A DNA stretch of 64,000 bases, taken from positions 58,094,001-58,158,000 of the forward strand of contig CM068742.1 of assembly GCA_035084275.1 (NCBI GenBank). The letters are read 5' to 3'. A program made the translations under genes and the position numbers. Source of the DNA: Hydrolagus colliei. Its lineage: Eukaryota. The notes below the pieces were generated by a model that searched no databases, had not been told where the DNA came from, and saw only the letters and a list, made by a program, of their open reading frames with translations. This document shows, piece after piece, positions 12,736 through 26,129 of this stretch (positions within the stretch are counted from its first letter, which is position 1; each line of letters opens with the position of its first letter).

Positions 12736-15700
12736 GGAATGGACTGTATGTATCTTGTAGGTATTATCTTTTAAAACATTTTGTAAGAAGCCTTCATACA
12801 CCTGATACTGCAACATATAATAATTACAGGCCCCTTTAAATGTTTTGTTCCCAAATGCGATCACCTATCAATACTACAGTGCTACACTTCATAGTAAATC
12901 TCGTGAAACACTTTGAGACTACTTCTCAATGATATGATAAGGAACTACTGTATATCAAATTTAAGAATTGTTGTTGTTATTATTACTTTAATATTCTTAG
13001 TTATAAATTTAATATTCTCAAACTACTCAATGAATTTAGGATGATATGAGACAAACCCATGTCTTTTTTATGGTTCTTTTAAATAAACCAGAATCTCCAA
13101 CAAAAATGAGAAAAAAAACATGAAATATACAAATCATGTAGAGTTTTAATATTCCTTCTGGAAGAAAAAATCAAAGACAACATTTAGATAATTTCACTTG
13201 GTAATTAATGTTGTTTTCTTTTGCATTATAGCTTCCTTTTGGAGTTTGTGAATGTTCAGTTTATTTGCTGCAACAGTGGACAAACACTTGATAAAAACAC
13301 AAGGTGAGAGTGAAATATTTAATCAGCTAAAGGTCTACTATTCGAATTGAATTGGTGCATTCATGCACCATAGCCATTAATAGGTATAGTAGTTATGTTA
13401 GAATATGTGTGGTGCTGATCTGAATTTCAAATAGGTTCCTTAAGGGACATGTTTTTTTCTGTCAGAGTTGAGTGTTCAACAGAGAGAGGGATGCAGGGAG
13501 GCTTGGAGGGAGGGAAGCATTTCTGTATATAACTCAAGTGAAGTTTGTAAAGCAGAAGAAAATAATAAGTAGTAAACACAGTATGTGGTATGATTACTGT
13601 AGAATATGGGGTATTTAATGCTTGTCAGCAACTTTTTGCTTTTGATGATTTATTAATTTGAATGATCCATTTTTAAGAATTTCATGGACACAAACAATAA
13701 ATATGGGTGATGGATTCTTAACATTTTATTTTTAATAATTTGAAACTCCAATGTTGCTGTTCATGGTATGATTCCGCCATGATCATCAGGGAACACAATT
13801 CATCCCACAAGACTAGAATACTTTTTTTTAAATGGCATACTCATTTCTATCCAACAGAAAATCTGCACTTTGAGAAAACATATTGGTTATCTTTCACCAA
13901 CCAAGATTCAATAAGTACATGATGAAAATAAAAGCCTCTATCAATTATACTACCAAGTTGTAATCCTGCAGTCTGCAGGACTGTTGTACTCGTATCAAAG
14001 AGAAGAACCTCTGTTTCAATTGTAAAATAAGATGAGAGGTACACACATAATTCCTTTCAACCCAGATATTGTTCTCAATGTTGACTTTCTGTGGGTGGAA
14101 AGCACATTTGTCCACTGGCTTACAAATTGTGGTTTTCAACCCTGTGCTACTAGGAAAGAGGCTGTAGTAAAATTCATCCTAAGCTATTACAGTATTCTAC
14201 TAGCTGGCAGCTGAAAGCTGTGATTTGTGTGCCTGTAGACGATTGCATGATGCTTTAGAATGCTTTGACAATTGTGATGGTGAGGAGCTAGTCTGCCTCC
14301 AATGCACCAGACAATTTATATTCAATACTAAAAACATCTCTTAATTTAAACTTTAAATCAGATCAATACTCCAAACATTAGCTACCTCTACCATTTCCCT
14401 ACTCCAACTCCCGGTTATGTTTTATTCATAGAATTGTGCTGGGTTTAAACAAATTCTGATGTCTCATTGATCTCTGCAGCTTCCTCATGACTTTAATTTA
14501 CTTTTGCTTCAATATGTGACTCCAATGTGAGATTGCCGTTTTTTCAAAGTTCCAGTACTTCACTGTGTGCTATTGGCCTAATTTCCTGATCCAACCATCT
14601 TGTCTGCCTTTGTTCTACGAAGAAGCTTTTTCAGCTATGATATTCCAATTTTGATAAAGCTATGATATTCCAATTTCCCATGCAAAGCCTCAATCTTTTT
14701 TTGTCTATACTTCTCGATTGACTTGTTGTACATTTTTAGCATTATTTCAGAAATTAGGGGTTGACCAATGTATCCAGTGGTAAACAAGAAGAAAATGTCA
14801 TCAAAGGGGTATATTCCATCTTTGTTAGACTTATCAGTTTTAGTGATGATTCGTCAAATGGTTAATGATTGGGCATGAGTCCCAAATTCTGCTCCCAGAT
14901 GTCTGTGACATCAACACATTTGTTAGCCTTAACAATTGAGTAGCAGGCAATGAGGAGACAGCTTCAATAATGAGTGCTTCACACTCCTGAAGTACCTGAA
15001 AGAGCCAATTAGCCATAAAACAGTGCCAAGTCTGCAAATCCAGCTGTGAAGTGCAATATATTTGGAGATAATGGAGCAATGCCAAAGTCTTCTTCGGCGA
15101 TTTGGGATGAAACGGAAACCACAAACAAAAGACATCCAGATTTCCAGTAAAAACTCATTAATGGCAATCTCTTCCCGATAATACATTATTCAAAACAAAT
15201 ATTTGTCAATGAGATATTTTTAATTGGTTTCCTTTTGCCGGAAGCCAAAGTGAAAAATGCTTCAGTATCACAGATCATAATTGCTTCCTGCCTGAATGTT
15301 ATTTTGTCTTCAAACATTTTCAAAACTATTTTGAAATGTAACTTTAAACTTCTGGTTTTCCTTTGCAGTTTTGTATGATGTTGGCCTGAAATACCATCTG
15401 AAACATTGTTCTTTGCTCAGAGAATTAATAGTGTAATCCTGTAGATCAGCGGTTCTAATCCTGGCAGGGCAAAATGATGTGCAACTATTATTATTCCACA
15501 TGAGTCTATTTACCTAGCAGTAAGTAGAAACCCAGCTGTTAGTTGGTGGATTGCATTTCTGAGATAATAATCCTCTCCCCACCCCCCAAAATAAATTTTA
15601 TTGCTCAATCCACCAATAGGCTGCCTAACAAATATACAATTGATTCACTTTACATTGTATCCTGTGAAGCTCTTTGGGACGTCTAGAAGATGTGAAAAGT

Positions 15701-16524
15701 GCTATATAAAATGCAAGGATTATTATCATTAATAACTGAAACAGACTGGCAGGAAGGGTGGATATGGCCAGGAGAGATGAGATCAAAAGTACCTTCTCTA
15801 TCCAAATGGACTTTGTGATTTTCTAATCTTGGTGATCTGATAATAATTGGGATATGATGGTGTATATATAGTGTGTGGTGTAACAGCAACAATCAGCATG
15901 TCTAAGCATGGTACAGATCCAAATATTTCATTTACACTCATCTTTGTCCCTTCTCTGATTATAGTTTCTGAGATTGACACTGAGGAATTGTTTGGACTGG
16001 GAGAATTATTTCTGGAGACCAAAAGTAATATTTCCTCCTTTTGACTTTGGACTGTGTCTGATGCTAGGTTTGCACAATAAGATTCCTTCAAAAGATGTCG
16101 ACTCCGAAATCTATTTATTTACTTCAAGCACGACAAATTATTATGGACACAAGACGTATACAGTATATGATTTGCAACCCCTTGCTGAATACTTCTGGCA
16201 AGCCTATTACAGAGGACTTTATGCTCATTGATGGATTTCACTTCTTATTGATGAGCACCAGTGAAAGATATTAAACTTAGCAAAATGAACAGACACTGAG
16301 GATGTTCTGGCTCCCTGATTCTGAAGATTGAAGTCTTTGACAATCATTTTCTATGACAAATGCTGTATTTTCTTGCAGACTTTTTGACTCTTTGTGCCTT
16401 GAAGAACAGTTTTAATTTCAGTGGTTTAAGACACATTTTAACCCATTGATGTATATTTTGATGATCTATACATCATCTGCTATAACAGAAATCCATCATA
16501 CTATGATGTCTCAAATTCCAAGGT

Positions 16525-18100
16525 CTGAAACTGGCACTCTTACCTCTGAGTCAGCAGGTTGAGGGCTCAAACCCATGTCAGGAACCTAAATTCACAATCT
16601 TCGCTGGCACTTTAGTGCAATGCTAGTGGAGCACTATAATAACATAGGGCGTGTCCTTTAGATTAAATATTAATCCAAGTTCTTCTTTGGCTGTTCAGGT
16701 GACTGTTAATCATCCCATGGCACAATACCAAAAGAGAACAGAGTTTATTTGTATCAGGCTCACAATCCCCCAAATAAAATTGGCCATTCACTTCATGCTT
16801 CTTTGTAAATCAATGATATATGCAAATTGTCTACTCATATACACACAGAAATACAATAACAACTTGGATTAATATAGCGCCCTCCACGCAAGATGGCATC
16901 ACAGAGCGCTTCACAAAACGTATCCCGGGGCTGAACCGTGGGGAGGGGGTAAAAGGTGCCGAAAAGCACAGTCGAAAAGAAAAGTCTTTAGATGCAACCT
17001 GAAAATAGGAACTGAGGGGGCGAGGAGAAGGGAGTGAGGAAAGGAATTCCAGAGCCTCGAGGGCATAACCGCCGATGGTGGAACGAAGGAATCCGGTGAA
17101 AAGGAGGATGCCAGACTCAGAAGAGTAAAGACAATGGGTACTGTTGTGAGGAGAGAGGAGGTCAGAGAGGTAAGGGGTACAGAGACATGGAGGGATTTGA
17201 ATACAAGAGTGAGGATCTTGAAATCAACCCGCTCCGAGACAAGGAGCCAGGCAAGTCTGGCAATGACTGGAGTAATCAGGGAGTGAAGTTTGGTTTGGAT
17301 GAGAATGCAGGTGAAGTAATTTTGAATAACCCGGATTTGATGAATGGTAGCGGAGGGGAAATTGGCGACCAGGGCATTGGAATAGTCCAGACAAGTGGAG
17401 ACAAAGGCATGGACCAGGGTTTTGGCAGCTTTTGAGTTGAGTTATTGGTGGAAATGGGCAATGTGGTGGAGATGGAAGAAAATGGTGCTGATGAGGGATT
17501 GGATGTGGGGAAGGAAGGATAATCGGGGGTCGAACCTGATGCCTAAGTTGGTTATGGGTTCAGAGAGTTTTCGGGGCAGGTCGGGTAGGTGGAGGAGGTG
17601 AGAGCCGTGGGACTGAAAACGTCGACGAGAGCCAAAGAGTATGGCTTCTGTCTTGTCAACATTTAGCTAAACGAAATTTGCTCTCATCCAGCTCTTGATG
17701 TCTGACAGACAGGCTGACAGAACATCAGGGGATTGGGGGTTGCAAACTGAGGTGGAAAAGTAGGGTTGGGTATCAATCACATATATGTGGAAGTTTATTC
17801 CATGTCTGTGGATGACATCACCAAAAGGGAGCATGTAGATAAGGAGGAGAAGGGGGCCAAGGATGGATCCTTAGGGTAGTCCGCAGGTAACTGGGCAAAA
17901 GCGAGAGGAAAAGCCTTAGTAGAGATGTACTCTGATGGTTAGTGAGGTCGGACTTGAACCAGGCGAGTGCGTTCACACTGAGGTGGATGATGGAGGATAG
18001 GCGGTATATGTGGTGATATACAATCACCATACTTCACAGTAAATCTGGTATAGCAATTTTACAAATCATGAAACACATTATATCAAATGTAAGGTTTATT
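16525..18100 (+). mobile_element. Deu-domain SINE (SacSINE1/AmnSINE1-like), split by an L2 insertion
   Basis: CACTCTTACCTCTGAGTCAG head, CTGTTCAGGTGACTGTTAATCATCCCATGGCAC Deu-like core; tail resumes after 18024. Confidence 0.65.
16858..18017 (-). mobile_element. 5'-truncated L2 LINE
   Basis: Collinear with the young L2 at 30717; tail GCGCCCTCCACG..CAGAGCGCTTCAC; flanking ATACAAT direct repeat (16851-16857 and 18018-18024). Confidence 0.9.
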
Positions 18101-18450
18101 CTGTTATTCATTTCTTGGCATCTTAAGATTCCTTCCTTAAGTACCACAAAGCAAAAGAAAAGAAAATTGGTGACTTCAATTCACGGATGATCGTAGGACA
18201 CTGCTATGCAGAATTGTTTGTTGCATTTCACCCACAAAAAATGCAGTCAATTTAAATTACAGTATATTCTGTGAAGCACTTTGAGACGTCTCGGAGACTG
18301 AATAAGGCAGCTAAATTAAATGAACGGATTATCATATTGTAATTAGATGCATTATTTTATTCATATAACCATTTCAGAGTAATTGAATTAACGTGTTCTG
18401 TTGGACATTAGAGGAATGAGCTATGTTTGATTAGACATGTTAGATTTCTA

Positions 18451-18785
18451 AGTCCTGTAGCTCAGTGGTTAGAGCATTCGTCTTACAAGTGTGAGATCTG
18501 TGTTTCGAGTCCAGACAGATTAGGGCGAAACCTTGGGCAAGTTTTCTTACTCCACATGTAAGCAAACATGTTCCTTACTCCTAGTAATAATCTGTCCAAA
18601 AAAAAACTAAATTAAATTAGTCTTTTCAATCCACGACTGTTTGTGGGACTCTGCTGTGCTCAATTGGCTACCATGTTTCGCACACAAATATCTAGTCAAT
18701 TCACTTAACAGTATATTCGCTAAAGCGCTTTGAGATGTCCAGACAATGTAAAAAGAGTTATATCAAATGTAAAGGTTATTATTAT
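18451..18785 (+). mobile_element. Full-length tRNA-derived SINE
   Basis: AGTCCTGTAGCTCAGTGGTTAGAGC head, CCTTGGGCAAGTT, L2-like tail. Confidence 0.9.
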
Positions 18786-19115
18786 CTCTTCAGTCTTGAA
18801 AGAAAACATCTGAGAGGGGACCTTATTGAGGTACACATCATGTTAAATAGTAAGCAAAAATGCAAAATACTGCAGATCCTGGAAATCTGATCAGACAAAG
18901 GCCTGAGGACCCAAACTTTGACTCATATTTGTTTCCACATAGATGCTGTCACCTGATGACTCTTCCCAGTGATATCTGTTTTTTGTATGTTAAATAGTAA
19001 ACCCAGAACAATATTTTCCAATGGACCAAGATAGCAGAGGAAAAGGACACATGATTACGTTTGCAAAGGCAATTTTCGAGGTAAACACCAGGAAGTATTT
19101 CTTTATCTGGAGTTG
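18786..19115 (+). mobile_element. CR1 LINE ORF2 C-terminal fragment
   Basis: Encodes LFSLERKHLRGDLIEV, the conserved CR1 ORF2 C-terminal motif; interrupted at 18854-18986. Confidence 0.75.
18854..18986. mobile_element. Miniature inverted Penelope pLTR insertion
   Basis: First part matches the 380-410 segment, second part resembles the reverse complement of about 415-508; 14-bp TSD ATGTTAAATAGTAA (18840-18853 and 18987-19000). Confidence 0.75.
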
Positions 19116-21249
19116 AAAACTCACATGTTACTGATGTATATTCAAGTTAACATACACCAGCAATAAGGTACTGACATATTGTTACAATAATAGTGAATGA
19201 TATCTACCAACCAGCTCCAACTCTACTTTGAAACAGACAAAACAGATCTTGGAGAGACTTTCACAGAACAGTAATGCAATAGGTAACATAACATGATGGA
19301 AGGGGAGGGTAGAGAACAATTATAAGACTACATTTTGGATTCATTTCATTCTGTTTAAAACAAAGTTTAAATGAAAATGCCCAGAAATGTAAATTAGAGA
19401 CAACATTGAGCTTTATCAATTGAGCTATCTGGTGCTATCATAGTTTATAGACAGATAGAAAACCAGATAAGAGCCTATCTAATAAGCAGATTCCATCTAA
19501 GTATTGGTGAAAACATTGCAATTCACATTTCATTTGCAACCTGAATCATCTCAACTTGAAAAAGTTTGGTTAAAAAAAACTAGTTTGAAGAGGCACAATT
19601 TGGTGCCACAAAGAGTTTTAAATTTAATTTGGCTCACACACATGCATAGAACATTATGTGGGGTTTGCATTTTGAATGTTTTACAAAGCCAAGCTTTCCA
19701 AGCTCATAGCAATTGATCTGTTGTAAAACCGACTGGTACAAGAATCTTTATCAATTCTCATACTCAATGATAATGTTCTTGGAATGAACAGAACATAGAT
19801 TTTGTTTCAGAATACTATTATCCAGATTTAAAAAAATTAAAACAATGTTAATGGAATACGTGAACAGATTTTTAAAATAATTCTACAAATATTATAAATT
19901 ATCCTCTTTTTAACCTAAGCCTGTCTTTCTATTTTCTTATTCATTTCTCTTCTCCTTTATTTGCTCCCCTTATTCCATTGTTTCCCTTTGAATGTTCTTT
20001 TTGGCTGCCCATTTTCTTATTGTGATTATATGATTTCCTTCTGCTTTATTCTTCATCTAACTCCATTTACTGTGATTATCCCATAAGTGCTTTTAGTCTC
20101 GGAGAAAGAGTACTATTATCAACAAAAGGCTAACAGCAGTAACAGATTGGATGTTTAACCCTGAGGTTACATTCCAACATAATAATCATTAAGCAGTTCC
20201 CATTATGCTCCTTGTTGAATGAACTCTTTCCGTTTGACGTCTGGCACCATCCTATCTAAATCCACTCACAATTCTTTCAGAGGTGCTGTTGTTTTTTGTT
20301 CTCAAGGATATTGAAAATCTACTGCACTGAAAAGTAAGAGTAAAATGTATATGAAATGCCCTATAAATAAACATGAAATATTAAGCATATTTATTTTCCA
20401 ATTGTTCGTATGAAGCTTTGAAATGCCTTGAAAAACCATGTCATATAAATGAAAAAAATACCCCAAATCTTACTGTTAATTAACATTAGGGGAGAGAATT
20501 AGTCATTCACTCTGGTATCAGTGCCACTTTGTACAAGGGAACCAATTAAATGGCAATGCACCCAAATTTCCCTGGAGAAATGCAGTCAAAGACGTATTTG
20601 AATTGATCCTTTCATAAGTACTTTTGCAGATTCATACAGTTTTAAACAGGTCACTCTGCTTAAAGGGGAACTTGATCCTAATTACAAAATTTACTGTTAC
20701 TCCCAAACAATATTTGTCCATGGCTCAGCACCATGGGGTGCTTTGCTGTGCCGAAATAAAGCCTACCAGATTTGATCCTATTCTTACCAATATTCCTTAC
20801 AGTCATTATAGCACCTAGAACATCAAAATACTGTACTTCAAAGCACTTCAGAGGCAAATTGCTGTCAAGTGCAGTGACTGCAGTTTTTATCATGAAACTT
20901 TTATCATTTAATTAGCCCATTCACAATATATTGATTAAAATTCAGAGGAAAGCATCTGCTTTACTGTTCTGCATGTTACTAACAAACAACAACCTTAGCG
21001 ACATGCAAAGCACCTTTTATGCTGGGAGGAGTCAACCAGTCAGCCAGTAATTATGTTTTGGGTTAGATGTATTGGGGGTGAAAATGGATGATGTGTCACT
21101 CCAATTCACAGCACATCCTGTAAAGCACTTTGGGACATTCTGTTGACTTGAAAGACAAAACACCAAATGCAGGGATTATTATTTATTATTATAATAACTT
21201 TTTGTTTTCTAGCTCTTTTTAAATCTGTTCACCTATCGGAAATTGCATC

Positions 21250-21465
21250 CAAAGCCTCTTTACTTCACCCCGTGCTTTGAGGTCCATCTCAACACCTTCC
21301 TCTTTGAATATGCCCTCGGTCATCTTTTCTCCATCCCCATCACCTCCTGGACCTGACCCATCCAGAAACCCATCACCAGGTTGGGTGAAAATGCTTGACT
21401 GTTCAGCACCTTGGAGCACTCTCCCGACATAAAAAGCGCTGTATAAATACAATTTGTTGTTGATG
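21250..21465 (+). mobile_element. L2 3' end
   Basis: CAGCACCTTGGAGCACTCTCCCGACATAAAAAGCGCTGTATAAATACAATTTGTTGTT tail. Confidence 0.75.
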
Positions 21466-21713
21466 TTGAATTGAAGTAAGGCCTCCAAGTCTGAGAAATG
21501 TCTGAAAATCAAAGGAGTGGCTACAGAACAATCATAATAGCTTTGAGTAGTTCAATATTCTAGCAAATTGTGCAGGAAATCCTGCAACTTCAGACACAAT
21601 CTTCAGTAAGTGCAGCAACATAAACATTGTAAATGCTATATTTCCAATCCCTGTACTTCTGACTCATACTCAGGTTGCATACTGCTCTGATCAGGCCAAA
21701 CCAAGATAGAGTA

Positions 21714-22540
21714 CAGGTAGACCCCGCTTACGGAATGCCTGGTTAACGAAAATTCACTATAACGAGGGTTTCTATTTGTACCACTTATCCGCTTAACAAA
21801 GGCTGCTTTCGCTATAAGGAATGTTTACACACACTTTAAATCTTGTGGGCTTTTCGTGCGCACCTTCTCATGAGTAGCACCTCTCCCCGTTGCTCCCGCA
21901 ACACACACTCAGTCTTTAGCAAGCCTCAGTTAAGCAGTGCAGTGCAGCCCCTCCCATATGGGAGGATCTTAAGAGGCGGGATGCTTTGTGGCTTCAATAA
22001 TAGTAAGTCGAGGGCTGTCTGTATTTTATTGTTTATTGTTGTATTTACTAACATTTTAATATTTTATTGTTGTATTTAAATTTGTGTAACCTTCAATTGC
22101 AGTTATATCTAACTTAGGCCTTCGCTAGTACAGGTTGAGCGTCCTGAATTCGGGCCTGTAGCCAAGCCCAGGTTTGGGTATTTCCGGACAAATCAGAACG
22201 CCAGAAGCGCATCACGAGTCCGGAAATGCCTGTGCCCAGGTTGCAATATTTCAGTGCGATGACTGTGAAGACCTGGCCTGGAGTAGGTAGGAATAGCATT
22301 TTTATTCTTGCAATCTTTGTCACATTCTGAATTCCAGATTTTGGACGTTCAACCTGTACACTGAAAATGTTAGCGCTAGGAACCGCTAGGAACTAAACTG
22401 ATGTTAGCGGGGAGGCTCGGTTCGGGGTGGCGTTTTGGTGGCACCAAATACAGTAATACAGTTAAACTCTCGCTTAGTTATATTTTTGCTTACCGAAGGC
22501 TTTTAAAGTCCCTAACCACTTCGTTAAGCGGGTCTATCTG
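21714..22540 (+). mobile_element. Non-autonomous Tigger element, related to the 33780-34696 copy
   Basis: TIRs CAGGTAGACCCCGCTTA and TAAGCGGGTCTATCTG; left TA; first 65 bp or so match the reverse complement of about 34633-34696. Confidence 0.85.
22131..22356. mobile_element. Tc1/mariner MITE nested in the Tigger element
   Basis: TA|CAGGTTGAGCGTCC..GGACGTTCAACCTG|TA. Confidence 0.85.
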
Positions 22541-24294
22541 CTTAGGGTTTTGATCTGTGTGACATAATGTAGTGCAAAGGAAGCAATGGGGATGATCCTC
22601 AACAATTGTCTCATCTCCAGGGAAAAATACCACATCTATCTATTCTTTCCTGATAGCTACATCTTCCTATCCTTGGTAGCATCCTAATAAATCTACACTG
22701 CACTATGTCCTTTGCCACAATCTCCTTCTTGTACTATGGTGACCAGAACTATACACAATACTTCAAATGCATGCTAACTAAGGTTCTATATAAAAGTAAT
22801 GTTACTTCCTGTTTTCTGTTTTTCGGGACATAAAGCCCAGGACTCTATTTACATATGTCATGGCTTTATCCACCTGTGTTGCTACATTTGGACACTTATT
22901 ATTCTGAATCCCAAGATAATTTTGTTCCTCTTTCCCTCTGAGGTTTTTTTCATCATTGGTATAAACAGCCTTTGTATACCTTTATATCATCTGACAATTA
23001 AATGTTTACATTAGGATTATTTTGCATGTTTTGTCTCCAGTGTAAAGTGGATAAAGTGTCTGATTGTGTGAGTTCTATGATCTAGCAGAAAGAGGAGATT
23101 AGAGCACAAGGCTGCATACTGAACCTGTCCATTCAGTGAGCGAAATAATTTACTAGATGAATAGCTGAATAGGTGCTAAAAACCCATGTTGTGCCAATTA
23201 GAATTTTTAATTGTTTTGCAATATGCTGGTCGTCCCATTTAAATCATTATTGGATCAAAGGACAGATGTCATGGAGAATTGGTATCTGTATTCTAGCCAA
23301 TCTGATTGAGAATTTTTTTGTGTAACTACAATCACAAACTGCTTGCTGTACACTGCCTGTTGTGGAATATTGTTTACCACCCGCTTTTTATTTTGAAATA
23401 AAAATGGCATGGATATCTGACCTCATCCATCTCAGACTGCCAAAGAAATAATAACATTTCCCACACAGGATTGCTGGATTGAAGTTCATCCTCTGCTGCA
23501 TTCAGTTACACAGTCACAGTGCTAGAAAGCAAACCCTTGGTGGCTAGGCTAACATGTCAACTGTAGCCAATATCTAGGCAGCCATTCAAGGTGAGTTGCA
23601 ACCGAATGACCTGTCCATGAGTGTCACTTTCAGGTTCACCATCATCAAGATTTATCATTTCACATCTTTCACTTGTCTCACCCGAAGAAAGCTTTCCAAG
23701 TGTTACTGCAACGCTTTTCTTTTGAATCATAAGTGATGTACTTGTCTTTGTTCATATCCTCTCAACTTACTGTTTGCTTTCAGAATAACAACTTCAATTT
23801 ATATACGCCTTCCTCGCTGGATGGCGCCTCAGAGAGCTTTAACATATGTTATAGTAAAAAACATAAAAACCAAAAGAACATATGTTATAGTAAAACAAAT
23901 GCACAAAAGTAGTGTAAGATTCAGATTGGTTGCTCGCTGCTTAACGTGATGATTATCCAGGTGTTTTGAAAAATATTTTTTTCAGTATAACAAACAATTT
24001 AAAATAAATAAATAAACCATCAACATTAGTCATAATCCCCAGACCAAAACTTGATTAAACTGGCAGATTCTGTACAGAGAGATGGAGTAAAGGTAACATC
24101 AGGTGAGTAACAAAATAACGTGATCATAGGATACTTTACCATCTCAGGAGGAGTAACATCCATCATATTGCCAAGCCTCAGCTCAGAGCATCTCCCTAAA
24201 TGATGCCAAAGCTTTTATAAGGCTTTCTTCCAACCTTCCATTTTACAGAGAGCTGCTGCGCTCTGAAAACTCAAATGAAACTACTTTACATTAA

Positions 24295-24710
24295 TAATAA
24301 TAATCCTTGCATTTGATATGATATGATTCACATTGAAAGGATGTCTTATAGTGCTTCCTAGGAGATATTATAAAATGCAGTAACTGTGTATATTGTCAGT
24401 AAACTTTCACCAATAAATGCAGAACAATGACCCATAAATGGTCAGAAAGTGAATAATCAATTTAATTGTTGGCCAGGACGCTAGAAGAAACTTCCTATTC
24501 TTGTTGATCAGTGCCATGGGATTTTTAACATCAGTTTGAGCAGATCTTCGATAAACATCTCATCTGTAGATGGCATTTCCAATAATGCAGCACACCCACA
24601 ACAGTGCATTGACTGTCATCTTAGACAATATGTGTTCAAAGTCCCGACATGGAGCTTGAACCCACAAACTCTTCACTCAGAGGTGACATTGCTGCCAGCT
24701 GAGTCAGGCA
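24295..24710 (-). mobile_element. Deu-domain SINE
   Basis: TTGGCCAGGAC..GTGCCATGGGATTTTTAACATC..AACATCTCATCTG..TTGAACCCACAAACTCTTCACTCAGAGG, reverse of the DeuSINE layout. Confidence 0.75.
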
Positions 24711-24971
24711 TGAATCCAAAACAGATGGCTCTTCCATATCCATAAATGAATTTGCCTAACTGCTAAGAGGTGTGATTAATTTTATGTTTCAGCACCCCAC
24801 ATTCATCCTCATCAAGCTCCACTGCCTCCCTTTATCCAAATGAATCAACTTGAAAGTACTCACCCTCACTTTCATGCATTCAAGTTCACCTCCATATGAG
24901 CTTTTGCTCATCCCCTTCACTTGGTAAACTTGGGCCTTTTGCTGCACTCTTCACCCTTCTACCAATATGTT

Positions 24972-24989
24972 TGTGTGTGTGTGTGTATG

Positions 24990-25030
<41 letters not shown>
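24972..25030. repeat. Compound microsatellite (TG)n(TA)n(GA)n
   Basis: Read directly. Confidence 0.95.
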
Positions 25031-25032
<2 letters not shown>

Positions 25033-26020
25033 AGCTACTATTCCTCTGAATATGTTTTATGCAAGTTTACACTTTTCTTACAACAACAACAACTTTGATT
25101 TTTATAGTGTCCTCCATGCCGGACAGCGTCTCAGAGCACTTACATTTTTCTTACGTTTTCACTTTCACCAGTAACCAAGTCTTCAGCACCACACTCTGAA
25201 ACACACTTTCTCTATTCTTCCACCTCATCCCCTTTCTATCTGTCTTTGAATCCCACCTAAAAACCTACCTACATCGTTGATTTCGCCTCTGATTATCTCC
25301 CCACTTTCCTTGCTCCTGCGTTCGTCATACAACAATGTCCCTGCGAAGTGCTCCAAGATGTTGTCCTGTGTGAAAGGCACTACCTAAACACATGTTATTG
25401 TACGATATTGCCTGAAACATTCCTCTAGAGTTATGATAATTTGTTTGAGATTTATGGAAACATCTTGTCTCGTAGGGCTTTACCCAAGGCTTTGAATTAC
25501 ACATCAGCTGAATTGCTGTATGTAGATTCAGCTTAACTTTCTTTTGGTCTTTCTTTTGATCCTGATCAGGATCCAACTATTTTGTAGTGAAAATTGATTC
25601 ACTATTAATCAGTCATTGTAATATCTCTCACTATTTGCCATTGAGCAGCTCTCTTCCACACATTCATTCAGAGACATTTCCCTAGTTGTGTCACTATTCA
25701 GTTTGCCAATATTTCTATGACAGAGCCTCAGAGACTAAGTGTTCTCATGCATTTCTTATCACTTGCTGGGAGCTATAATATATACACTATTTGGTCAAAT
25801 TATCAGCAGTCACACCAAAATAACAATGTTTCACAAAAGGTTTTTCCTAAGGAAAAGCAATTCAAAGCAATAGAGCCACACGATAAATATTAACATTTTA
25901 AGTACATGTCGGAAAACGATTTTCTCTGTGTGCAACATTGTATTAATTATTTCAGGGCAAAAGAAAAGCATCTCAGTGAAATGTAAACTTGCATTAAACA
26001 TATTCAGAGGCATAGTAGCT
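25033..26020. repeat. 39-bp inverted repeat pair, possibly an unclassified TIR element
   Basis: 25033-25071 versus reverse complement of 25982-26020: 37/39 identical. Confidence 0.6.
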
Positions 26021-26129
26021 TACCGACCTACCTACTACCTACCTACTTATACACACACACACTCACACACATTTATAGAATATAGTACGTGAAAATACAA
26101 ATGAATGTATTAAATGTGATAAACTATTT

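Noticed and set aside
13232-13303. Possible 72-nt exon (TTTGCATTATAG..AAG|GTGAGA)
   Set aside because: One open frame (FLLEFVNVQFICCNSGQTLDKNT) with no recognisable homology or partner exons; could be chance or lncRNA
14633-14676. 19-bp direct repeat AGCTATGATATTCCAATTT
   Set aside because: Only two copies with a 6-bp gap; ordinary micro-duplication, not an array
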